Of a stretch of DNA of 64,000 bases, positions 18,673 to 28,200 are shown piece after piece. A model generated the notes under the pieces. The model did no database searches and had not been told where the DNA came from. It was given only the letters and a program-made list of their open reading frames with translations. The stretch's first letter is position 1; the number at the start of each line of letters is the position of its first letter. Location: assembly GCA_028713935.1 (NCBI GenBank), contig JAQTNI010000001.1:1464-65463 (forward strand), written 5' to 3'. The stretch is from Candidatus Iainarchaeum sp. GTDB lineage: Archaea > Iainarchaeota > Iainarchaeia > Iainarchaeales > GCA-2688035. A program made the translations under genes and the position numbers.

Positions 18673-21666
18673 TTATTGCACTGCCTGTTCCGCATTCATG
18701 GAATCCATTTGTTCCCTTAATTTTAATCCCACTACGCTGCTTTTCTGCTTGTTTAAAGCAACACCAATTATCTGGCTTGCATTCTGTATCAAAGGGTCGT
18801 TATGGGTTACAACAATAAACTGGGATTTTTTGCTCATTTCTTTTATCACATTCACCATTTTTGCTGAATTTTCCTTGTCAAGCGCCGCATCTGCCTCGTC
18901 AAAAATGTAAAAAGGAGAAGGCTCATAAAGCTGTATCGCAAAAAGGAACGCAAGCGCAGTAAGAGTTTTTTCCCCTCCGCTCATTGCATCAATATTTTTC
19001 ATTGACGCGCCTTTGTGCTTTGACTCAATCACTAATCCCGATTCCAATGGGTTTTCAGGGCTGCTGAGTGACAATTGCCCGAAGCCCCCGAACAATTCCA
19101 AAAACATTTTTGAAAAATTCCTGTTCAATTCGTTAAAGCAGTTCATGAAAAAAGTTGTCCTTTTCACTTCAATTTTCTGCATCAAATCCATTATTGCAAG
19201 CTTTTCCTCGTCAAGCTTTGCAAGCTTCTGCCTTACATCAATTACTTCCTGCTTCAATTCATTGAAAGAGTCAACTGCCTTCATGTTTATTGCGCCAAGC
19301 TCTGCAATCCTTTTTTCAATGTCAATTATGCGCTTCTGAAGCTGTTTTTCCTCCATATTGCTGATTTTTGGGACATTTGCATACTGTGCAAATTCCTCGC
19401 TTAAATCGGAAAGCCTGACTTCAAGCTTTGAATTGTCAATTTTTATTTCATTTGCCTGCTGCTCCAGCCTTTTGATTTTCTGCTGCAAAGAATTTTTTCT
19501 TTCAAAGGAAGCAGAAATTTTTTCGTCAATTCCGCTTTTTTCCTCAAAAAGCTTTTTGCTTTCCTTTTCTGATTTTTTCATTTCTTCCTGCAGGGAAACA
19601 ATTGTGTTGCCAAGCAGCCTTATGCTTTCAGCTGTTTTTTCAATGGCAGCTGACATTTCACTGTTTGCTTTTTTCAGCTGGGAAATTTCCTCTTCAACAA
19701 TTTTTTTTTCTTCGGAAGAGCGTTCCTTTCCCCTTTGAAACCCGCTTTTTTTTTGTTCAAGCAGCCCAAGCCTCAATTGAATGTCAGTAATGCTGTTTGC
19801 AAGGCTGGAAACTTTTTCAAAGCCAATTTCGGCCTTGAATTCCCTTGTTTCAATTTCTTTTTCCATTTTTTTTGCTTTTGCGGAAGAAAGAAGAGCCTCG
19901 AGTTTTTGTGCTTCCCTTTCCCTTTGTTCAAGTGAATCAGCGCAAAGCTCTTTTGCAATCCTGTCTTTTTTTGCGCTTAAAGAAGAAAATTTCTGCTTCA
20001 GCTCTGCAAGATTTGCTGTTTCAAATTCCAATTCCCTCATTATTTCAAAAATGCCTTCAAGCCTTGCTTTTTTTGCATCAAGCTTTTTTGCCTGCTCAGC
20101 AAAAATCCCTGATTGCACATTCAGGCCGTTAAGCAAATCCTGTTTTTTTTCAACAAGCATTTTCTTTTTTTCAATTGTCAGCCTGCTTTCGCAAACAGGG
20201 CAGGAAGCAGCCTGTTTCTGCAGTTCATTAATAGCGTTTTTTGCCTCGATTATCCTTGATTCGTTTGACTTTGAATCCACAATGCTTTTTTTTATTTCAT
20301 TTGAAACAATTTTCAGCTCTTCCTTTATGTCAGGGTGTTCCTGCATTAACTTGTCAAGGCTGTGCTTTTTTTCATCTTTCCTCGTGAACTCGCTTTTTGC
20401 CTTTTCAAGCTCTGCGCTTGTTTCCTGCAAGGCAAGCTTTTCAAATGCAATTTCCCTCTGCAAAGCTGAAATCTCGGCTTTTTTTTCAAACAAAATTTTC
20501 TGGGCTTTTGACTCTTCTTCAGCAAGCAAAACAAGCGCCCTGTCCATTTCCTTCAGAGCGCTTTCTTTTCCCATGCCTTTTTCTTCAAGCTCTTTTTTTC
20601 TCTGCCTTAACACATCAAGCTGCCTTTTGAGTTCAGGCAGCTCTTTTTCAATTGCGGCAAGCTCTTTTTCCCTGTTGTTTTGCTCATTCAGAAAAGCCTT
20701 TATTTTTTCTTCCAGATAAAAAATCCTTGAATTGTTTTTTTCCAGCAAACGCTTCTTGTTCTCGCTGTCCTGCACAGCAAGCATTTTCTCGGCTTTTTTT
20801 TCCTCTGTTTTTATTCCAAAATTTGCAAAAGCCTCTTTGCTGCCGGCAAGAATAAGCCTGTTTATTTCTTCTGAGCGCTCCTGCCATTGCCTTATTTTTG
20901 CATCCTCTTCTGAAAACTTTGCCTGCCAGGAATTCTGTTCTTCGCCAACACTAAAAACCTTGTCAGTGTTTTCCTTTCTCAATGCAGTGATTTTTTCTAT
21001 TTCAAGGTGCAATGCAGTTGCCTTTACCTGTTTTTTTTCATCCTGCAATTGCCCAAATTCCATTGCTGCCTGCCTGTCCCTTTCAAGGCTTTGCAGATAA
21101 TTTTCCCTTTCAGCCATTACTATTGCGGCTTCTTTTATGCGCATTTCAACCTTTTCAAGGTTTTTCAATGCCTCTGCTTTTTTTTCGTCAAACTCATGCA
21201 GGCCGGCAAGCTCATCGATTATCCGGCGCCTTTCTTCAGGAGTCATTTCAATCAGCCTTGTTGCATCTCCCTGCACAACAATATTATGCCCGCTTGGCCG
21301 GATTCCCAATTCTCCAAGAAGAGAGCTAATCTCATTCAAAGTTTTTCTCTGGTCATTAAGCCTGCAAATGCTTTTGCCCTGCTTGTCAATCATCCTGCTA
21401 ATGTCATATTTCTGGTCATTGTGTTTTATTGTCAAATCGACTTTTGCATAATTTTCCATTGCGCCATTATTGACAAGCTCTGACAATTTCGCCGCTCTTA
21501 ATGTTTTAAGCGAAGTAGCTCCCATTACAAACATCAATGCATCCAGAATGTTTGTTTTTCCGCAGCCATTGCCGCCCACAATTGCAGTGAAACCATCCGA
21601 AAAAGGGATTTCAGCTTTCTTAAAGCTCTTGAAATTCTTTAAAACAAGTTTTTGGAGTTTAACCAT
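18673..21666 (-). CDS. smc: SMC-family ATPase with SMC-type head and a central Rad50-like zinc hook in place of a hinge
   Basis: N-terminal FTAIVGGNGCGKTNILDA, QGD...ERRRIIDELAG, and C-terminal LSGGEKTLTALAFLFAIQ...FYIFDEADAALD...QFIVVTH. The middle is all coiled-coil with CPVCESRLTIE. Confidence 0.8.
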   Translation of the reverse strand: MVKLQKLVLKNFKSFKKAEIPFSDGFTAIVGGNGCGKTNILDALMFVMGATSLKTLRAAKLSELVNNGAMENYAKVDLTIKHNDQKYDISRMIDKQGKSICRLNDQRKTLNEISSLLGELGIRPSGHNIVVQGDATRLIEMTPEERRRIIDELAGLHEFDEKKAEALKNLEKVEMRIKEAAIVMAERENYLQSLERDRQAAMEFGQLQDEKKQVKATALHLEIEKITALRKENTDKVFSVGEEQNSWQAKFSEEDAKIRQWQERSEEINRLILAGSKEAFANFGIKTEEKKAEKMLAVQDSENKKRLLEKNNSRIFYLEEKIKAFLNEQNNREKELAAIEKELPELKRQLDVLRQRKKELEEKGMGKESALKEMDRALVLLAEEESKAQKILFEKKAEISALQREIAFEKLALQETSAELEKAKSEFTRKDEKKHSLDKLMQEHPDIKEELKIVSNEIKKSIVDSKSNESRIIEAKNAINELQKQAASCPVCESRLTIEKKKMLVEKKQDLLNGLNVQSGIFAEQAKKLDAKKARLEGIFEIMRELEFETANLAELKQKFSSLSAKKDRIAKELCADSLEQREREAQKLEALLSSAKAKKMEKEIETREFKAEIGFEKVSSLANSITDIQLRLGLLEQKKSGFQRGKERSSEEKKIVEEEISQLKKANSEMSAAIEKTAESIRLLGNTIVSLQEEMKKSEKESKKLFEEKSGIDEKISASFERKNSLQQKIKRLEQQANEIKIDNSKLEVRLSDLSEEFAQYANVPKISNMEEKQLQKRIIDIEKRIAELGAINMKAVDSFNELKQEVIDVRQKLAKLDEEKLAIMDLMQKIEVKRTTFFMNCFNELNRNFSKMFLELFGGFGQLSLSSPENPLESGLVIESKHKGASMKNIDAMSGGEKTLTALAFLFAIQLYEPSPFYIFDEADAALDKENSAKMVNVIKEMSKKSQFIVVTHNDPLIQNASQIIGVALNKQKSSVVGLKLREQMDSMNAEQAVQ

Positions 21667-21792
21667 AAAAAAATTCACTTTGTAAGAGGCATTAAGGCAA
21701 TTCTGCCAATAGGTTTCTTAACTGAAAATCTTTTTAAATGGATTTTTAAGTTCTGGGGACTTGTTTATTTGGCCTTAAATAAACCTTCCCAA

Positions 21793-22521
21793 TCAGAGAG
21801 GCCGTTTTTTTGGTTTATTTTGCTTATTTTTTGCTCTTTGTTCCGCTTTAAATTTTCTGTAAAATTCTCTATCTTTTTGAGGATATGGTTTTACATTATG
21901 CGAATCAATTGTTGTAATGCCTGCTTTCCTAAATGTTTGAAGATATTGCCGAACCTGCCGCTTGTATTCCCCCGGAGATGAACACGCTCCAAAAAGGAAG
22001 AAAAGGGACGGCAAAACGCCAACAGGTTTTGCTTTTTTTCTTTCAGCGATTCTTTTTAATCTCTTTGCAACCCAAACCCTCCAATTCTCTCCGACCTGTT
22101 CAGAAAATAGTTTAAGCTCATTTTGTCTCTTGCGCTCTCCCTGAATGTGGTTAATATGCAATTCCAGTTTTCCTCCTTGGCTCTGAAGAAAAAAACCAAT
22201 AGTCGCTATTCTGTGTTGATTATTATCCTGAATGCCTAATTGAATAGGACATTCCACATGAATTAAGTTTTTTGACAACTTAATTTGAAAAGAACCTACT
22301 TTCAGTGGTTTTTGAGCAGCCAAATTTTGAAACAAATCACTAGTCAAAAGAGCGCTCGCCAAAGCATCCTGGGATGAAAGAGTTTCTGGGAGCTGCTTCA
22401 AAGTCTGTTCACAAACAAAAAAAGAATCAACTGGAATTTTTTTTGCCTCTAATTGAGCCAAAACCTCAGTTTGTTCATAGAAGAAATATAAGTTGTGTTC
22501 AGATATAAAAATCAATAGCAC
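21793..22521 (-). CDS. Hypothetical protein upstream of smc
   Basis: 242-aa ORF. No Mre11 phosphoesterase or ScpA motifs were recognised. Confidence 0.35.
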   Translation of the reverse strand: MLLIFISEHNLYFFYEQTEVLAQLEAKKIPVDSFFVCEQTLKQLPETLSSQDALASALLTSDLFQNLAAQKPLKVGSFQIKLSKNLIHVECPIQLGIQDNNQHRIATIGFFLQSQGGKLELHINHIQGERKRQNELKLFSEQVGENWRVWVAKRLKRIAERKKAKPVGVLPSLFFLFGACSSPGEYKRQVRQYLQTFRKAGITTIDSHNVKPYPQKDREFYRKFKAEQRAKNKQNKPKKRPL

Positions 22522-22578
22522 ACTTCTTTCGCTTAAGCCCTTATCTATTGAAATTCCAGAAGCTTGTCCAAAAACAGT

Positions 22579-23367
22579 TTATTCCCTGTCAAGGTAATAA
22601 AAGGCAAGCGCAAAATTCACAAAAGCAATTTGTATTGCCCAGAAAACAGCAATAATTATTCCCACTGCTATTTCATCAACAACCAAATCCGACAAAACAG
22701 AGCCAATAAAACCGATTATCCCGCTAATTATTAAAACAATTATCAGGAATAAAACAGTTGTCCAGAATTTTTTGTCGGAAAATTCCCATGACTTTCCAAT
22801 TGCAGCCTTTAATTTTTCTCCCCCGCAAGCCATTGCGGGAATTGTAAAAGCCAGTTTTACAAGAACAAAAACAATTGCTATTGCAAGCAAAAACACCAAA
22901 ACAAGTGCCCAGATTCCTGCAGAGGGCATTATCAAAAACAATATCCAAAAAATTACCATGATAAGCGCAGCCAGCACTATTTCAAATAGGATTAATGAAA
23001 GAATCCGGCCTCCCTGTTCAATTGTCTGTGAAACAGCACTGCCAATTGAAGGCTTTTTTTCAGACAGCTCTTTTGCATAATTTGAATAAAAAAAGCCTGT
23101 CACAGTAACCACTATTAAGGAAACAAGGCCTGCGAGCAGCAATGGAACAAGGCTTCCAGCATACAAATTAAAAAACTGGAATGGCAATTCGCCTAAGCCC
23201 GATTCAGGAATATTCCCCAAAAAAACAGCGTTTATTGCCAATTCAACAAAAAAATCAATTACCGCAAAAAAAACAACTGCAATGACAGCAGCCGCAGCAA
23301 GCCCAGGAACAAGGCAAACAGGGTGCTTTGCAATTTCCTTAAACCCTTTTGCAAAAACTCCAAGCAA
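22579..23367 (-). CDS. Polytopic membrane protein (hypothetical)
   Basis: Six or more hydrophobic helices. Confidence 0.5.
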   Translation of the reverse strand: MLGVFAKGFKEIAKHPVCLVPGLAAAAVIAVVFFAVIDFFVELAINAVFLGNIPESGLGELPFQFFNLYAGSLVPLLLAGLVSLIVVTVTGFFYSNYAKELSEKKPSIGSAVSQTIEQGGRILSLILFEIVLAALIMVIFWILFLIMPSAGIWALVLVFLLAIAIVFVLVKLAFTIPAMACGGEKLKAAIGKSWEFSDKKFWTTVLFLIIVLIISGIIGFIGSVLSDLVVDEIAVGIIIAVFWAIQIAFVNFALAFYYLDRE

Positions 23368-23433
23368 ACAAAAACACCAGAAATAATAGGAATCTGGAAT
23401 TTAAAAAACCATGCCCTTTAGGGCGGGAGAATG

Positions 23434-23787
23434 TCATTTTTCCTTGTATCCAAATTTTTTGTTGTATTTGTCATGGCTTAAGATATCAAGGACAAAAGCT
23501 ATTATTTCTATTTGTGTTTCTCCTTCTGTTAAAGCGTAAAACATTCGCCAATAATTTGGCAAGCCAACCCAAAAAAGATTTTTTATTCCGTATTTTTCCT
23601 TGTATTCTTTTGGAATAAGGTGTTTATTTATTGGTTCGCCGTAATGAATGTTTGCTTTTATCAATTCGACTTTTCTGCCAACTGCTGCCAAAATTGTCTT
23701 TTCAATCTTTGAATGTTCTGCTTCTTTGTTCAAATAGTTGTAAACTTCTTCTGCTTCCGGGGACAATTTTATTCTGACGATTTTCAT
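23434..23787 (-). CDS. RelE/ParE-superfamily toxin-like protein
   Basis: 117 aa with a toxin-like C-terminus (...IIAFVLDILSHDKY). 4-bp overlap with the upstream small gene. Confidence 0.5.
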   Translation of the reverse strand: MKIVRIKLSPEAEEVYNYLNKEAEHSKIEKTILAAVGRKVELIKANIHYGEPINKHLIPKEYKEKYGIKNLFWVGLPNYWRMFYALTEGETQIEIIAFVLDILSHDKYNKKFGYKEK

Positions 23788-24002
23788 AATTCAAGGCCTT
23801 TTGCAATAGCGCGTTTAAGGTTGGCATTAGAATTTGTAATCCAGGTAATGCCCTTCAAACTCACGGCAATCTTGTTGCTGTCTTCCAAATACTGCAAAAC
23901 CACTTTAAGGGTGTTATGGTTAACCTGCTTTGGAAGCCTTCTTTTAAGCTCTGCAATTGAAAGCGCGCTCTCATCAGCCCGCTTCAAAACATTCTCAACC
24001 AT
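23784..24002 (-). CDS. Putative antitoxin / small DNA-binding protein
   Basis: Small ORF overlapping the toxin start (ATGA). The ORF track extends to 24083. Confidence 0.4.
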   Translation of the reverse strand: MVENVLKRADESALSIAELKRRLPKQVNHNTLKVVLQYLEDSNKIAVSLKGITWITNSNANLKRAIAKGLEL

Positions 24003-24142
24003 AATCACTGTATTCAAAGTGGGAGAATGCTCTAATTTCTGTTCCTTTTGAACCAAAACACTTCTCGACAAAAACATCACCAAAAGTTATTAACTAATAA
24101 GTAATTAGCACGAAAGAATATAAAAAGGTTTTGGTTACTTTA

Positions 24143-24213
24143 TGGACTCGCCGGGAGTTGAACCCGGGTTTCGGCCTTGCGAAGGCCGCTTCTTACCGTT
24201 GGAATACGAGCCC
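24143..24213 (-). tRNA. tRNA-Ala (anticodon CGC), intron-less, no encoded CCA
   Basis: Full cloverleaf read by eye: acceptor GGGCTCG/CGAGTCC with the G3:U70 Ala identity pair, anticodon stem CGGCC/GGCCG, loop TTCGCAA, T-arm CCGGG-TTCAACT-CCCGG. Confidence 0.85.
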
Positions 24214-24252
24214 TGCTTATAAAATTTGTCCTGAAACAATTAAAAATTGCCT

Positions 24253-24744
24253 TTATTGGCTTTTTTTGCCTTGTTGCAGTTCCCATGGAAAAATAATCCA
24301 GTTTTCCGTTGTCTTGTAATAATGCACTTTTTGCCTTGATTGCAGTGAAGAATTTTTGTTTTTGTAATAAATCACTGCAATGTCAATTGTTTTGAGACCT
24401 GGAATCAGGGCTTTTGCATTAATGCTGCCAATAATTTGTTCCATTGTTTTTCCTTCATCAACCAAGTCATCAACAAGCAGTATTTTTTTTGGCTCTGCAT
24501 TTTCACAGCACCATTTGACATTGGCATCAAAAAAGCTTTTTTTATCAGGGCAATTGTTTTTGTTATAGCGCTTGGAAACAACAATTCCCAGGGGAAGCTG
24601 CAGCAATTCGCTTAACAGTTTTCCCGGAACAAGGCCGCCTGATGCAATGCAGACAACTGCCTCATAATTGTTTTTTTCAAGTTTTTTTGCCAGATGCCTG
24701 CAGGCGGTTTCAATTTCTTTCCAGCTGACTTTAATTGTGCCCAT
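24253..24744 (-). CDS. Purine phosphoribosyltransferase (HGPRT/XGPRT-like)
   Basis: ILLVDDLVDEGKTM PRPP-binding motif. Confidence 0.7.
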   Translation of the reverse strand: MGTIKVSWKEIETACRHLAKKLEKNNYEAVVCIASGGLVPGKLLSELLQLPLGIVVSKRYNKNNCPDKKSFFDANVKWCCENAEPKKILLVDDLVDEGKTMEQIIGSINAKALIPGLKTIDIAVIYYKNKNSSLQSRQKVHYYKTTENWIIFPWELQQGKKSQ

Positions 24745-24867
24745 TGCAAAACACTTGAGCTATTGTTTCAATGTTTCTCTGCTTGACATCGTGCCAGGGC
24801 TTTTGCCGAAGGCTAGACTTGCGAAGCAAGTCTTTCTTTCCCTGGGCTTTCTTTTTAAGAAAGGCCA

Positions 24868-25045
24868 GTGGGGTTACAGGGATTTGAACCCTGATCAACT
24901 GGTCGCTCATTATTTTACCCTGCCTTTTTGTTGTTTACCAAAGAAAAATGGTTCTTTTCTTTGGGCAACTTACACTTTCTTTTCTTGCCAAGAAAAGAAA
25001 GGGCAGGTCTGGAGCCAGTCGCACTGCCTGGTTATGCTATAACCC
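24868..25045 (-). tRNA. tRNA-Trp (anticodon CCA) with a ~105-nt intron in the anticodon loop
   Basis: Acceptor GGGGTTA/TAACCCC, D-stem GCAT/GTGC, anticodon stem ACTGG/CCAGT, loop CTCCAGA, T-arm CAGGG-TTCAAAT-CCCTG, discriminator A. Intron is roughly 24907-25011. Confidence 0.75.
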
Positions 25046-25264
25046 CGTTGGGATAATTGAAGAATTTAAAGTTTTTAAAATCAGAGGTTTTGCATTGCAA
25101 AACCTTTCTTTCCCAGGGCTTTCTTTTTTAAAGAAAGGCCTGCCAAAGTAGCTCACTTGTTGAGTGCATAAAACAACTTTGTTTTGTTGTGTTTTTAAAG
25201 ATATGGAATTTTTTATTTTTCAAATCCGTCAATTTAATATATTCTAATTGCGCTACTATTACTG

Positions 25265-28200
25265 GTGTTTGTTTTGGCTGACAAAAAAGGTTCTTCGGAA
25301 GCTGGAGAAGAGATTTTTTCAGATGTTTTTGGCGTTGACGAGGATGAAAAGCGCGCCAGGGAAAGGCTTGCCAAGGAAACAGCTGAAAAAGAAGCAAAGC
25401 AAAAAGCCTCAAAAGGCGAGAAAGAGGAAAAAGAATTGCCTTCTGAAAAAGAAGAGCCTGAAATTGTTGCCTTGAAGAAAACCCAAAAAAAGCCTGCCCA
25501 AAAAATTCCAGTTGAGGCCAAAGCCACTGTTACTGATTCTCCCGAGCAAAAGGAATTGAAGCAGAAAATCAAAAAGGTTATTCTGGCAAAGGCAGCAAAG
25601 GCCGCTGAAAAGGATTCTGCAAAAATTTTTGACAAGGAAATTGACATCAAGGAAAAAGGAGTTAAGGAAAAAGAAAAAGAAGAAGAGCCAGAGCCTGAAG
25701 AAGAAAACGAAAAAGAAGATTCAAAAGAAATTGTGCCAAAATTTGCCCTTAATTTTTTGCAGGATTCAGAAGGAAGCGTTTTCATTGGCAGGAAAACAAG
25801 TGTTTTCCAGGAATATGGCAATGAAGCAGGCCTGTATATTGGGAATATTGCAGAGCCTTCCTTTGAAGGAAAAAAAGTTTTATTGGATGGTTTAAATCCG
25901 CATGTTGTTTTTGTCTGCGGGGCAAGAGGCAGCGGAAAATGCCTTACTGGAGACACTCTAATTGCGCTTGAAGATGGTACAGTAAAGCCGATAAGAGAAC
26001 TGGAACATGATAATCAAAAAGTTCTTTCAATGGATTCTGAAATGAAAATTGTTGCCACTCAAAAAAGCGGTTTTTTTAAAAGGAGAGTAAATAAGATTCT
26101 GGAAGTTAACTTAAAAAGTGGCAAAAAGATTAGGTTGACCCCTGAGCATCCTTTGTTTACAATGCAAGGCTGGAAGCCTGCGCAGGAGTTGAGAGAAGGA
26201 AGCAGAATTGCTGCTGTTAATAAACAGGTTGGGCTTGGTTTTTCAAGTAGCAGGCAGGAAAGCGTTTGTTATTCTGCCGCAAGGGCAAAATTAATGCAAA
26301 TTAATTTGCTTAACAAGGATGAGTTGGTGCAAAATGCTTCTTCAAATATTTTTTGGGACGAAATAACTGAAAAAACAGAATTATCAGGAGAATTTGAAGT
26401 TTTTGATATCAGTGTTCCAACACACCACAATTTTGTTGCAAATGATATTATTGTCCACAACAGTTATCTGCTTGGAGTGCTTGCTGAAGAGCTTGCCTTG
26501 AAGAATCCCAATGTCGGCCTTATTGTAATCGACCCTGTAGGGGTTTTTTGGGGAATGAGGCATCCTAACAAGGAAGAAAAAGAGCTTGAGGCTCTTGCAA
26601 AAACAGGCCTTCTTCCGAACGGCCTGAATAATCTCAAAGTTTTTATTCCAAAGGGAATGAAGGACAAGGTTCCGAAAAACACTTTTGATGCGGCTTTCAG
26701 CATGCCTGCTTCTCTTCTAACTGCAGAAGACTGGTGCCTAACTTTTGGCATTGACAGGTTTTCCCCAAGCGGCCTGCTCCTTGAAAAAGTTTTGCACAAG
26801 ACAAAGCACGGCTATAAGACAAAAGAAGGAAAATATGTAAAATCAGAGGATGTTTTTGATTTGGAGGACATTATTGAATGCCTGCATAATGACAATGAAA
26901 TAAATTCAGCCGAGCTTGGCTATAAGGCCGATTCAATAAGGGCCCTTGCTTCCAGGTTTGATGCCGCAAAAGCCTGGGGAGTTTTTGATGAAAGAGGAAC
27001 TCCTTTGATTGAAATTTCAAAGGAAAACCAGTTGACAATTATTGACACTTCTTTTTTGGATGACAATGTTTCCGCGCTAATAATCGGGATTCTTGCAAGA
27101 AGAATTCTTGCCGCGAGAAAATTAAGCACTCGCAGGGAAGCTGCTTCAAAATTCAAGGATGATTCTGTTGAAAACCTAATGGAATTGGGAATCCCTCCCA
27201 CATGGCTGTTTATTGATGAGGCACACACTTTGATTCCAAGCGGAAACATGAAAACTCCTGCAAGCAGTGCCCTTGTTGAATATGTGAAGCAGGGAAGGCA
27301 GCCTGGCTGCAGCCTTGTTTTTGCAACACAGCAGCCGAGCGCAATTGACACCCATGTTTTAAGCCAGCTTGACATTATTGTGGCGCACAAGCTTGTTTTT
27401 GACGATGACATAAAGGCAGTTTACAAGAGAACTCCAACTATTATTCCAAAGCAATACAAGAACAGCAATTTTATCAAAACACTGCCAGTTGGAATGGGAA
27501 TTGTTGGAGATAGAAGAGAAGAAACCTCGCGCGCTTTTGTAATGAAAATCAGGCCAAGAATGTCACAGCACGAAGGCAGGGAAGCAGTTACTTCTGAAAG
27601 GTCTTCACAGGTTTTTGACAAATCCAAGGTTCTTGCCCTTGCAATTGGAATGGCTTATGCCCAGATTGAAAGAAAGCCGACAGAAGCCTCTTACATTAGC
27701 CAGATTGTCCAGACTCTTAATACAAAATACAAGTCAACTTTGCAGCTTTCAGATGTTCTTGATGCGCTTGAAAAAAAAGGCGTCGGAATCAATCCCAAAA
27801 CTTCTGTTTTAAGCATTCCGGACGAGGAAGCAGAGCATGAAGTAGTGGAAGAAGAAGTCCGTGAAACAGAAGAAGAAGTGCAAAAAGAAGTGAAATCAGT
27901 TTCACCAGAAGAAAGCATTTCACTAATGGCTTTTCCAGCCAATCTTCAGGAAGAATCAGCAAGAAGGCTTTTTGACAGGCTGAGAAAGAAAAAAACTCTC
28001 GGCTTGTTTGGAAAAGAAGAGCTGATTGAAAAAATTTCCTTGAAATATTTGCCAATTTTCCATGTTACTTTCAATGTTTTCAATGAAAAAGGCTCTTTCA
28101 ATATTGCAGAGGCCTATGTTGATTCCCATTCAGGGGAATTTTTGAATTTTGATTTTGAACAAAAACAATTTGTTGAATCCCACGGCTTAAGCCTGCTTTC

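Noticed and set aside
19781-20719. 312-aa plus-strand ORF inside the smc locus
   Set aside because: Antisense of the SMC coiled-coil region. The Ser/Phe/Leu-rich translation is typical of reverse-complemented Glu/Lys codons.
18673-21678. Calling this gene rad50 on the basis of the CPVC hook
   Set aside because: The head-domain motifs (ERRRIIDELAG, FTAIVGGNGCGKTN, the C-terminal SMC signature context) match SMC rather than Rad50, and no mre11 is adjacent. It is kept as an SMC-like protein with a hook and flagged as a finding.
24868-25045. Box C/D sRNA within the tRNA-Trp intron, as in Euryarchaeota
   Set aside because: No RUGAUGA...CUGA pairs with K-turn geometry were found. The closest is UAAUGAG, without a matching D box.
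25234-25956. 240-aa minus-strand ORF opposite the start of the HerA-like gene
   Set aside because: It is the antisense of the Lys/Glu-rich repeat (GAA/AAG) and gives a Ser/Phe-rich low-complexity artefact. It has no RBS and no motifs.
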